A program made the position numbers and the translations under genes. A DNA stretch of 64,000 bases from Dehalococcoidia bacterium (lineage in GTDB: Bacteria > Chloroflexota > Dehalococcoidia > Bin125), in NCBI GenBank assembly GCA_965203995.1, contig OZ241962.1, positions 1,610,311 through 1,674,310 of the forward strand, read 5' to 3'. Position 1 is the first letter of the stretch. Every line of letters starts with the position of its first letter. Below the pieces are notes generated by a model. The model had not been told where the DNA came from. It did no database searches and saw only the letters and a list, made by a program, of their open reading frames with translations. Below are positions 1 to 9,400 of the stretch, piece after piece.

Positions 1-458
1 GCGGCGACCAGTGGAGCGCCGAGTGCGGCGCGCTCGCGACTGACCAGGCTCTGCAGTCTCTCGCGTGCCTCTTCCAGGTCTTCATCCTCGAGCGCCGCTC
101 GGGTCGACTCGCCGGCGGCGATCAGTCCACTGACCGTGAAACTGGTGCGAAGCAGGATCGCGCCACCGAGCACGTACGCAGTCGTGCCCAGTTCGGTCAG
201 CCCCAGGATCGCCAGCCACGTAACCGCGCCCCATGCTCCGACGATGAACACCGCGCTAACGGCCCCGTAGGCCAGCGCCGCCGCAGGACGCCGAGGCGCC
301 CATCGCTCCAGTCCGCTGATCAGTCGTCCCATCCCGACCACCGGATGCACACGCGCCGGCGGTTCCGGCAAGAATCGATCCCACAAGAGCGCCAGCAGCA
401 GCACGCCGGCATCGAGCGCGAGATTCGCCCACCAATCGGAATAGATCGCCGGAATCAT
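1..458 (-). CDS. cobD: Adenosylcobinamide-phosphate synthase CobD/CbiB, N-terminal part. The gene continues beyond the window start.
   Basis: Reverse-strand translation from the ATG at 458 gives MIPAIYSDWWANLALDAGVLLLALLWDRFLPEPPARVHPVVGMGRLISGLERW... with the CobD signature (GEPP...HPVV.MGRLI) and multiple TM segments. It is absent from the ORF track because it has no stop codon inside the window. Confidence 0.6.
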   Translation of the reverse strand, partial: MIPAIYSDWWANLALDAGVLLLALLWDRFLPEPPARVHPVVGMGRLISGLERWAPRRPAAALAYGAVSAVFIVGAWGAVTWLAILGLTELGTTAYVLGGAILLRTSFTVSGLIAAGESTRAALEDEDLEEARERLQSLVSRERAALGAPLVA

Positions 459-724
459 CCGCTGCGCACCATCCGCCTCTGGGCTTCGTCTCACCCGAGC
501 CTCGGCATCGCCCGCTCGATACTAGGACAGCCGAGATCAAGTGGACGGTCGTTCGGCTGTCACCCCTGTAACTGTCCAATCCCCGGCCTGGAGTGAACTG
601 AGATAGCGGCTGGGCGACTCCGTCCAGGTCCGCCCGTCCCGATCGGTGACTCGATACGCCACGTGGCCGGCCTGTTCTGTCAACAGGACGCGCCAGGCGA
701 ACCGACAGCCTTCCTCGTCCCCGC

Positions 725-786
725 TTCATACGGGAACCCGCTCGGTCCCCTCTCCCCGAGGGAGAGGGTTAGGGTGAGGGCCCTCC
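725..786. repeat. REP/MITE-like intergenic repeat, copy 1, containing the palindrome CCCTCTCCCCGAGGGAGAGGG.
   Basis: The sequence TTCATACGGGAACCCGCTCGGTCCCCTCTCCCCGAGGGAGAGGGTTAGGGTGAGGGCCCTCC recurs near-identically at about 6281-6329 and 9604-9685. Confidence 0.7.
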
Positions 787-850
787 GCCGCAAATCGTGA
801 CTCCAACCCCTGCTTCTAATCTGTGACCACACCTGCGAGAGGCGCCGCCA

Positions 851-3562
851 GTGGCCAGTAAGCACGACCTCGAAAACCTGCTCAACGGAGAGCTCGCCCA
901 ACTCCTTACCGACGCCGGTGTCCCTGCCCAGGCCGAGGTCAAGCAGGGCAACCGCCGTCTCGACGTCCTCGCCGACGTCGACGGCCTCCGCGTCGTGCTC
1001 GAAGCCGAGACCGGGCACGGGAAACGAAGCCAGGCAATCAAGGACGCCGATGCTCGGCTCAAGCAGAATCTGACCGTGATCGCGTTCGCGGTGTGCTACC
1101 CGGAAGGTGCTCGGGTTGCCGAACTCGCGAACGCCGAACTCCTGTGGACTGTTCGCACCCGCGCCGATGCCAAGTGGTCTGACGGCGACTGGTCGCACGG
1201 AAACGTTCTCGACCTGTGCCAGGCGGTTCGCCAGGCGCCCGCCGGCTTCGACGACGTTGACGGTGCCGCAAAGATCCTTTCTCAAGGCCTCGATACTGGT
1301 GCCCAGCGCCTTACGAAGGCACAGCGGCGGGCCTTGGCCAAGGCGTTGAACCTCCCAGACCTAAAGACGAAAACCAAGAAGACAGATGGCTACTTCACTG
1401 CGGCCAAACGAGGACTTCTCGTCGTTGCAACAGCCATGCTCTTCCATCAGCGAGTGCTGGAGCACTTGCCCGACGAGTGTCCTGACCAATGGACTGGCGA
1501 ATGGCCACCGAAGACGGCAGCCGCCTGTTCCCTCGATCGCGTCACGGCGATACAAGAGTTCGACCTGGCCTGGGAGGCAATCCTCGCAGTTGACTACCGC
1601 CCGGTGTTCTGCACTGCTCGCGAGGCGCTGGCCGCACTGCCTGCAAACGTCGACGCAGGACAGTTGATTCAGGCGCTCGCCAAAGTAGTGGAACAGGTTG
1701 CTCGGCTTGTTTCAGGAATGCGACACGACCTGTTGGGCCGCATCTTCCATCGAGTTCTGGATACCGCGAGATACGACGGATCGTTCTACACGTCCACTGC
1801 TGCCGCGACCCTACTTGCCAACCTGGCAATTCGCGCCGACGACCGCGACTGGAGCGATGCCGACGCCGTTTCGGAAATGAGAATCGGCGATCCCGCTTGT
1901 GGGACCGGAACCCTGTTGATGGCCGCTGCTCGCCGAATCCACGACATTCGTGAACACGCAGGCAAGGGTGACGTGGATGATGAGACGCTGCTGGCGGAAG
2001 CTCTGGTTGAGGACGTGCTCTGGGGCTACGACATCAATGTCAGCGCGACACACATGGCCGCATCCGCACTGGGAATGCTCAGTCCCAAGACGCAGGCACG
2101 AGACTTCAACATTGTCGAGACCACGCTGGGCGTGCGGGATGGCAGTGTTTACCTCGGTTCGATTGCCCTCCTACAAGCTATGCCTCGTCTAATGGGCGAG
2201 GGGTCGGCAAGACAGATCGAAGAGAACATCGGCATGCCGGACAAGATTCCTGATCCAATGGACCTGGTGATCATGAATCCGCCATTCACGCGCGACAGCC
2301 TGCGACACGACCAATTCAGCTCCGAAGTAGAGCGGACCATCAAACAGGCCGAGAAGCGGCTCCTTGACGGCCAACCATATCGCCGAGCCGCGCGTCTTCA
2401 CTCTTCTGGCGGGATGTTCACGGTGCTCGCTGAGCGGATGCTCAAGTCGGACAGAGGAACCATCGCGCTGATCTTGCCATCGGTCGTCCCCACGGCCCCG
2501 GGCAATCTCGAGATGCGCAGGTTCCTCGCGGCTCAGTTCCACATTGAGACCGTCATCAGCTCGCACGACCCAGAGCGAGTCTTCATGTCCGAGAACACGA
2601 AGATCGGCGAGGTGCTCATCGTTGGTCGACGCTGGGGCTCGGAAGAGGAAAAGCCACCGACTCGATTCGTCAACCTCGCCGTAAACCCAGACTCCGGCAT
2701 CGACGCCCAGGGACTCGCTCAACGCCTGGAAAGTGGTGCGGAGGGCGACTTCACAATCCAGCAGGTAAAGGCCGAGCGAGTCGCGCGCGGCGACTGGAAC
2801 GCCATCAACTTCTTCTCTCCTTACCTCGTCGGCGCGTTCCGAGCGCTGACAGAAGACGAGAAGCTTCCACTTACGAGCATGTCCAGCATCGCCAAAGTCG
2901 GGCCAGCAGGACAACGCATCCGCGACGCCTACACCAAATCCGACACGCCAACCGCGTCAGGTCGTCGAGCGCTCTGGGAGCACAAGACGGACATCACTCA
3001 ATCCATGCACGGCAAGGCAGACAAGTTCATCGAGCCAAAGAAAGACAAGAAGTCGTTGGCCAACAAGTACTGGGAACAGCGAAGCCGATTCCTCTTGCCG
3101 CATCGCCTACGCCTGAACACCGCGAGGGTCGCGGCAGTCGTTCTTGATCAAAGAGCCGTCGGTTCGATCTGGACGCCCTGCCGTCCGAAAGATCAGAGCG
3201 AATCGACCGCCAAGGCGTTGGCCGTCTATCTCAACTCCGCCGTCGGCATCCTCAGCCTCCTCGGTGGCCGAGACAACCGAGTCCCGTCCTACCCCCAATT
3301 CTCCCTCGACACCCTGCGCTCCCTCCGAGTCCCCGACTTCCACAAGCTCGGCTCTGCCGCGCGAGACGCCCTCGCCGCCACCTACGACTCTCTCGGCGAC
3401 GACGTGCTGCTCCCACTCCCCCAGATGAACGACGACCCAATCCGAAAGCAGCTAGACGAAGCCGTCATCGCCGCCCTCGACCTCGACCCAGAGTGGGTCG
3501 CCCAAGTACGCCAGGCCCTCTCCGAAGAACCCTCAGTCACCAACCGCCGCTTCGCTCACTAG
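851..3562 (+). CDS. Large N6-adenine DNA methyltransferase (gamma-class, N6_Mtase-like), 903 aa. It could be a Type IIG/IIL restriction-modification enzyme or a BREX PglX-like methyltransferase. It starts with GTG.
   Basis: Motif I DPACGTGTLLMAAA and motif IV VIMNPPF are present. There is an N-terminal domain of about 330 aa with a D...ExE..K patch and a C-terminal region of about 400 aa that could be a target-recognition domain. An REP-like element lies just upstream. Confidence 0.75.
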   Translation: MASKHDLENLLNGELAQLLTDAGVPAQAEVKQGNRRLDVLADVDGLRVVLEAETGHGKRSQAIKDADARLKQNLTVIAFAVCYPEGARVAELANAELLWTVRTRADAKWSDGDWSHGNVLDLCQAVRQAPAGFDDVDGAAKILSQGLDTGAQRLTKAQRRALAKALNLPDLKTKTKKTDGYFTAAKRGLLVVATAMLFHQRVLEHLPDECPDQWTGEWPPKTAAACSLDRVTAIQEFDLAWEAILAVDYRPVFCTAREALAALPANVDAGQLIQALAKVVEQVARLVSGMRHDLLGRIFHRVLDTARYDGSFYTSTAAATLLANLAIRADDRDWSDADAVSEMRIGDPACGTGTLLMAAARRIHDIREHAGKGDVDDETLLAEALVEDVLWGYDINVSATHMAASALGMLSPKTQARDFNIVETTLGVRDGSVYLGSIALLQAMPRLMGEGSARQIEENIGMPDKIPDPMDLVIMNPPFTRDSLRHDQFSSEVERTIKQAEKRLLDGQPYRRAARLHSSGGMFTVLAERMLKSDRGTIALILPSVVPTAPGNLEMRRFLAAQFHIETVISSHDPERVFMSENTKIGEVLIVGRRWGSEEEKPPTRFVNLAVNPDSGIDAQGLAQRLESGAEGDFTIQQVKAERVARGDWNAINFFSPYLVGAFRALTEDEKLPLTSMSSIAKVGPAGQRIRDAYTKSDTPTASGRRALWEHKTDITQSMHGKADKFIEPKKDKKSLANKYWEQRSRFLLPHRLRLNTARVAAVVLDQRAVGSIWTPCRPKDQSESTAKALAVYLNSAVGILSLLGGRDNRVPSYPQFSLDTLRSLRVPDFHKLGSAARDALAATYDSLGDDVLLPLPQMNDDPIRKQLDEAVIAALDLDPEWVAQVRQALSEEPSVTNRRFAH

Positions 3563-3755
3563 GGCATTCAGACTTTGCGGAGACAGCGCGCTCCTGTCCG
3601 GCCTTATGAGCATCGACCGTCCCCGCCATTGCGTCGCGTAGTGCTCGCACTCATTCTCGTAGCAACTACGAAGCTCCACGCCTACGAACTCGGCACGCGC
3701 ACCTATGGCGTAGCTACGGCCTGGTGTGATACGCTTTTGGCAGGAGGCATAAGAA

Positions 3756-4532
3756 ATGACAACCGACACCAAAGAGCCCGCAACCACGAGGACGGCGCCA
3801 ATGTATGCGAGCTACCGCGTCTTCACGGGATTCCTGGACTGGCTCCGGGATCAGCCCGCAATTCCGGAGCAGCTTGACCGCAGCGTGGCCGGCGACAGAT
3901 ATTCGGGCTCACTATGGTCGCACCTAGTGTCCGGGCTTCAGTTCTTAGGGTTGACCCAAGGCGCAGTTCCTACTCCGGAGCTTGAGGAGCTGGTGAACGC
4001 CAATCAGGAACAGCGCAAGAAACTCGTAGAGGCCATGTTGCGGCGTGCGTATGGCGACGACTTCATCAACCGAGTGCCGCGGATTACACCCAGCAACTTT
4101 GACAAGCACTTGGACGAGTTGGGGACCACGTCGGCGACAAGGCAGAAGGCCGCAAGTTTCTTGACTAACGCGCTGAAGGACACCGATGTTGAGATCCCTC
4201 CCGGAATTGCCAAGCGCGCTAGAAACAGAACCACGACCGCAAATCGCCGCAACAGCAAGAGTCGAAACAGCCAAACCCCAGTTGATGGGAAGACCTCGGA
4301 CCGCAAATCCTCGCCCCCCCAATCTGCACTTTCAGGCGCCGAGGAACCACAGATTCAGCGCACCCACGATTTGGGCGAGGGTGTGGTTGCGATGTTGACC
4401 GTCCGGGGCGACATTCTCCAGATGGAGAATGCAGCAGCAGCAATGGCCTGGTTGAAGTCCGTGATCGAGGAGTTTGACAAGGATGCCAACAAAGCAGAGG
4501 AGAGTGAGGGCAAGCAGGGTGATGAGAGCTAA
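3756..4532 (+). CDS. Hypothetical protein, 258 aa, with a basic middle region and an acidic C-terminus.
   Basis: ORF in a lower-GC segment immediately downstream of the methyltransferase. No recognisable domain. The 3' part overlaps a tmRNA-like sequence, so the C-terminus is uncertain. Confidence 0.4.
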   Translation: MTTDTKEPATTRTAPMYASYRVFTGFLDWLRDQPAIPEQLDRSVAGDRYSGSLWSHLVSGLQFLGLTQGAVPTPELEELVNANQEQRKKLVEAMLRRAYGDDFINRVPRITPSNFDKHLDELGTTSATRQKAASFLTNALKDTDVEIPPGIAKRARNRTTTANRRNSKSRNSQTPVDGKTSDRKSSPPQSALSGAEEPQIQRTHDLGEGVVAMLTVRGDILQMENAAAAMAWLKSVIEEFDKDANKAEESEGKQGDES

Positions 4533-4628
4533 GCGGGCGCGGTGCCTGCCTAGCGGCTAAGCAAAGCAGACTCCGCGCCCAGTTTTGGGGCGAGGCTGGG
4601 GCCCAGGGTTTCCTGATAAGTCGCCGCT

Positions 4629-4657
4629 GGAGGGTTCGATTCCCTCTCGCTCCACCA
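4629..4657 (+). ncRNA. tmRNA/tRNA-like 3'-terminal fragment: T-arm (GAGGG-TTCGATT-CCCTC), 7-nt acceptor strand TCGCTCC, discriminator A, CCA.
   Basis: A canonical T-loop (GTTCGATTCC) and the ...GCTCCACCA ending typical of tmRNA (ssrA) 3' ends. No matching 5' acceptor strand lies within tRNA distance. A possible complementary GGGGCGA at 4404-4410, with a G3:U70 wobble as in tmRNA, lies about 250 nt upstream inside the preceding ORF. Confidence 0.5.
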
Positions 4658-4835
4658 TCAATGTATCACCGTCGTTCCGTACGACACCGCTGTCGCGATG
4701 TCCGTGCTGGTCACTTGACCCTCACCTCTCCCCAAGGTCGTGCTATACTTAGAACATAAGTCACACCACCAACCAACCCAACCCCCAAAACCCAACAGAA
4801 ACCCACAAAACCCTCCCAAAACTCGACGAAACTCA

Positions 4836-4924
4836 CCCTCACCCACCCAAATCCACCCTCATCCACCCAAATCTGACCAAATCTGACATAACCAGACCAA
4901 AATCCAGCCAGATTCCCAGCCCAA
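4836..4924. repeat. G-free (C/A-rich) direct repeat, copy A. It contains an internal duplicated core CCACCCAAATC(TGAC).
   Basis: By eye, about 80 of 88 nt are identical to 10457-10544. It sits in a G-depleted stretch of about 200 nt, 125 nt upstream of the substrate-binding protein gene. Confidence 0.8.
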
Positions 4925-5049
4925 ACCGCCCAACGACGATCCCGAGTCCATCGAAGTGCTGCATGACCTGGTGGTCAGCGGAGCCGGTTTGGTGATACAC
5001 CAGTGAAGGCCATGTGCCTTTGAGAAATCAATCATGAAAGACCACGCCG

Positions 5050-6180
5050 ATGCCAGCACCGAAGAGTCCACGCTCTCTCGCCGGATTGCTGGTCGGTGTG
5101 TTGTTGGCTGTCGCACTGTTCGCGACGGCCTGCGGCGACGATCAACAATCGCAATCGGCCGTTCGCCAGGATGCCGCTCAACCAACCCAGGAGCAGCAGA
5201 CGGCCGCCGCCGACGAACAGCAGCAAGAATCGGCGCCGGCGCAGGATCGGCCGGTCCAGCAGCAAACCGCCCAGGACGAGGCGGTACAGACACAGCCGGC
5301 TCCCGCGCAACAGCAGCAACAACAGGCGATGCAGCAACAGGGCCAACAGATGATGCCGGAAGAGGCTGTGCCCGAAGGCACCCGCCTGATCACCCTGTTC
5401 GGCGACCTGACCGAGATCGTCTACGCACTCGGCGCACAGGACTTCCTGGTCGCACGTGACACCAGCTCCATCTATCCACCCGAGGTTGAAGCGCTGCCCA
5501 ACCTGGGCTTCGCCGGCGCGCTCAACGCCGAAGCCATCCTCGACCTGGAGCCCACCTTGATCATCGGTAACCCGATGGCCGGACCGGCGGAAGTCCTGGA
5601 GCAGTTGCAACAGGCGGGAGTCGAGGTCCTCATCATCGAGGACCCGAACAGTCTCGACGCGCCCCAGATCAAGATCCGACTCGTGGGCGGCGCGCTGGGT
5701 CTGACCCAGCGTGCGGAAGCACTGGCACAGGATGTCGAGACGCGCATGCAGGCGGTCATCGCAGCCTCCGCCTCAGTCGACCAGCCGCTGCGCGTGATGC
5801 ACATCTACATCCGCCGCGGCGGACTGCAACTGGTCTCAGGCGCGGGCAACAGGGCGGAAGCGATCATCGAAGCCGCCGGTGGCATCGACGCCGCGACCGA
5901 ATCAGGCATCGTCGGCTGGCAACCGCTCACCCCTGAGGCGCTCGTCGCCGCCGACCCCGACGTCTACCTGGTCATGGACCGCGGCCTCGCGGTGATCGGC
6001 GGAATCGAGGGTCTCCTGGAGATTCCCGGCATGGCCCAGACCAGGGCCGGCGAGGGACCCTATGTGATCTCGATGGCCGATCTCTATCTGCTCGGCTTCG
6101 GCCCCCGCCTCCCCGAGGCAATCGCCGACCTCGCCCAGTTCCTGCGCAACGTCCAGTCCGAGATCCTCGCCGCAGACTGA
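5050..6180 (+). CDS. ABC-type Fe3+-siderophore/cobalamin-family periplasmic substrate-binding lipoprotein (Peripla_BP_2-like) with a Gln-rich linker.
   Basis: Signal peptide and lipobox-like ...LFATAC. A Q-rich low-complexity linker. The core LITLFGDLTEIVYALGAQDFLVARDTSS...PNLGFAGALNAEAILDLEPTLIIG is typical of FecB/BtuF-type binding proteins. No permease or ATPase gene is adjacent. Confidence 0.8.
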   Translation: MPAPKSPRSLAGLLVGVLLAVALFATACGDDQQSQSAVRQDAAQPTQEQQTAAADEQQQESAPAQDRPVQQQTAQDEAVQTQPAPAQQQQQQAMQQQGQQMMPEEAVPEGTRLITLFGDLTEIVYALGAQDFLVARDTSSIYPPEVEALPNLGFAGALNAEAILDLEPTLIIGNPMAGPAEVLEQLQQAGVEVLIIEDPNSLDAPQIKIRLVGGALGLTQRAEALAQDVETRMQAVIAASASVDQPLRVMHIYIRRGGLQLVSGAGNRAEAIIEAAGGIDAATESGIVGWQPLTPEALVAADPDVYLVMDRGLAVIGGIEGLLEIPGMAQTRAGEGPYVISMADLYLLGFGPRLPEAIADLAQFLRNVQSEILAAD

Positions 6181-6280
6181 CACCCGCTCCGCTCCCCTCT
6201 CCCCGACGGAGAGGACTCGCCCCCGCGCCGTCTACTCTCTCCCCCCTTTCAAGGGGGAGATGTCACGGAGTGACAGAGGG

Positions 6281-6329
6281 GGTTCCGGTTCCCTCTCCCC
6301 GAGGGAGAGGGTTAGGGTGAGGGCCCTCC
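6281..6329. repeat. REP/MITE-like repeat, copy 2 (shorter).
   Basis: GGTTCCGGTTCCCTCTCCCCGAGGGAGAGGGTTAGGGTGAGGGCCCTCC, preceded by the separate palindrome TCTCCCCCCTTTCAAGGGGGAGA at about 6237-6260. Confidence 0.7.
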
Positions 6330-6487
6330 CCGTTAGCCCCCCAACAACAATCCCCTTCCCCCAAAACCACCCCAATCTCCCCAATCACACGGATATTGCA
6401 CGCCACATCTCAAGAGTCCACACTGACCATAACCCCATCTTCATTGACAATAAACGCAAAACATACACCTCTGAAACGGCACCGCAA

Positions 6488-9400
6488 ATGAACTCAGTCC
6501 TGCGCCGCGCCCGCCTGCCGCTCATGGCCGCCCTCCTCATCCTCGGCGTCTTCTCGATCGCCGTCGCCGCCGCCCAAGCGCCCGACTCGCCGCCCGCCGC
6601 GCCGACCATCGACTCGCTCACCCCCGGCGACAAATCGATCACCGTCGCCTGGAGCCCGCCCGTGGACGCCGACGCCGTCACCGCTTACGACCTGCGCTAC
6701 ATCCGCTCCGACGCGGGCGACAAGAGCGACGGCAACTGGACCGTCGTTGACAACGCCTGGACCACCGGCGGTGCCGCGCTCAGCTACACCATCTCCGCGC
6801 TCGACCTCGCCGTCTACTACGACGTCCAGGTCCGCGCCGGCAACGCCGCCGGCGACGGCGAGTGGTCGGTCACGGCGAAGCAGATCACCTCCTGCGGCCC
6901 GCCCGCCGAAGGCATCGCCGACCCGCTCTTCCCCTGCCAGTGGAACCTCCACAACACCGGCCAGTTCGGCGGCACCCCCGGCGAGGACATCAACGTCCTC
7001 CCCGCCTGGGAAGTCACACTCGGCGAGGGCGTCGGCATCGCCATCATCGACGACGGAATGGTCGTCGACCATGAAGACCTCGTGGACAACATCGACCTCG
7101 ACCTCAGCCACTACTACCGCGAAGACGGAACCTGGCGTGGGCGTCACGGCACCCTGGTCGCCGGAACCGCCGCCGCAAGGGACAACGACCTTGGCGTTCG
7201 GGGAGTCGCGCCGCGTGCCCAGATTTACGCGTGGGGACCTGCCCACGACCTTGAGGGCGAATTGACGACCGATGCTCTGAACCGGAGCAGCAGGTTCGCT
7301 GCGGTGATCAATATCTCGCTCTCAACGCCTCCCTTCTTTAGTCAGTTTCTTCAAGCTTCTGACGCTTGGATCAACGCGATCGAATTGGCCGTGAGCCAGG
7401 GGTACAACGGCAAAGGTTCGGTGATCGTCAAGGGCGTCGGAAACGGCGGCCCGGGGGAGCAAGTGAATGACGACGGAGAGACAAACCACTACGGGATCGT
7501 GGCGGCCTGTGCTGTCACGAATCACGGGGATCGCGCCTCGTACTCGGAGCCTGGAGCGAACCTTTGGGTTTGCGCGCCTTCAAGCGACAACTTGGAACTA
7601 GGGCGATTGGTCGGAGCTCCCAGTACCCTCCCAAGTGGCTATGACACCGGTTTCGGTGGAACCTCAGCCGCCACACCGATCGTGGCCGGCGTCGCCGCCT
7701 TAGTGCGGTCGGCGAATCCCGACCTGACTTGGCGCGATGTCAAACTCATCCTGGCCGGCAGCGCCCGTAAGAATGACCCGACCAATAGGCATTGGGTGCT
7801 CGGCGCGCTGGAGTACGGGTCAGGTACACAGCGTTACTCGTTCAATCATGAGTACGGGTTTGGTGTGGTCGACGCTGGCGCGGCCATCACGTTGGCCCAG
7901 AACTGGCAGAACTTGCCGCCCTTCCGCGAGCAGTCTGTGTCGTCTACCGAGACGCCGGTTGACATTCCCAAGGAAAGCGGCACAACCTACGGGACGCTGA
8001 GCAGCAGCATCAGCTTGGGATCATACGTTCAGTTCACCGAGTTTGTAGCGGTTTCGATCGACATCGAACACGCTGACAGCTCCAACTTGAATATCAGTCT
8101 CACGTCGCCGTCTGGCGCAGTGAGCACACTTTCCAATCCGCTGTCGAGTGCCAGACAGACGTCGGGAGGATCGCCCTGGCCGGGCGAAGTCCGCTTCGGT
8201 GCGGCCAGCCACCTGGGAGAGAATCCCGCTGGCGAATGGACGCTCACGATCATCGATGCGTACGGTCGCTATGACGGCGTCCTCAAGTCGTGGAGCATCA
8301 CGGTCTACGGACACGGGCGGCTGCCTTACATCCCCATCGCCGCCGAGCTGGCGCATGTTGACGGCGGCGAGATCATGATCGACTGGACCGCGCCCTCGCC
8401 CGACGCGGGCGAAGCGCCGATCCAGTCCTACGACCTGCGCTACCGCAAGCTCGGCGGCGACTGGACCACCGTCCAGAACGTCTGGACCTCGGCCAACGCC
8501 GGCCCGCTGCAACACCGCATGTCTGGCCTCACCGACGGCGCGCGCTACGAGTTCCAGCTCCGCGCCGCCAACAGCGCCGGCGCGGGCGATTGGTCGGCCG
8601 CTCAGACCAGCGCGTTTCCCCCGCTCTCCTTCGGCGCGCAGACCGTCGCCGACCTCGAGCACACGATCGGCGAGACCCACGATCCGCTCATCCTGCCCCA
8701 GGCCACCGGCGGCTCCGGCGACATCTCCTATCGCCTGATCACCGAGCGCGGCACCAACAACCGCCGTTACCAGGGTCTGCCCCTCTGGCTCAGTTTCGAC
8801 CCAGCCACCCGCACCCTCTCCGGCAACGCCACCGTCCTCGGCGAGTACGGCATGCGCTACGAGGCCACCGACGCCGAGAACGGTCAGACCGTTTCGCTGC
8901 GTTTCACGATTAACGTCGTCGAGCCCGCGCCGCAGCCCGACGCGGTCGCTCCCTCATTCGGCGATGCGACCATCGCCGACCAGCGCTTCACGATCAACCA
9001 GGACAACCAGGTGCAGTTCCCCGAGGCCACCGCCGCCGGCGAGATCTCGTACCGCCTGGTCACTGAGAGCGGCACCAGCGACCGCCGCTTCCGCGGACTG
9101 CCCCTCTGGCTGACCTTCGATCCGAAGACGCGCACCCTCTCCGGCGGCGCGGCCGTGCCCGGCGCCTACCGGATGCGCTACGAGGCGGTCGACGAGTCCA
9201 ACCACGCCGTCGCCGCCCTGCGCTTCACCATCCACGTCGGGTCACCGCCCGTCGAATCGGTCGACAGGTTCTTCGGCACCAGCACCGTGCCCACGCAGGA
9301 CTACACGGTGGATGAGTGGATCACCCCGATCGTGCTCCCCGAAGCCTGGGCCCGAGGCCGACGCGCTTCCTTCGAGTACGAGCTGACGGTTGAGACCAGC

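Noticed and set aside
459-850. A cobalamin riboswitch upstream of cobD on the minus strand.
   Set aside because: A manual scan found no B12 box (AGYCMGGAGACCKGCC-like) and no GGTG...AATCC core. It cannot be supported without a covariance search.
256-1285. Minus-strand ORFs 256-729 and 680-1285.
   Set aside because: They lie in other frames over cobD and the methyltransferase 5' end and look spurious. The region also contains the REP-like element.
4404-4657. A complete, short tmRNA gene (GGGGCGA...CCA).
   Set aside because: It would be only about 254 nt. It lies largely inside an ORF. No tag-peptide reading frame ending in a hydrophobic ...LAA-type stop was found. It is kept only as a possibility under the att-remnant finding.
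4925-5050. A riboswitch-like element upstream of the substrate-binding protein gene (GGTGGTCAGCGGAGCCGG...CACCAGTGAAGG).
   Set aside because: Only about 125 nt are available and there is no match to the cobalamin consensus. It is probably just a 5' UTR.
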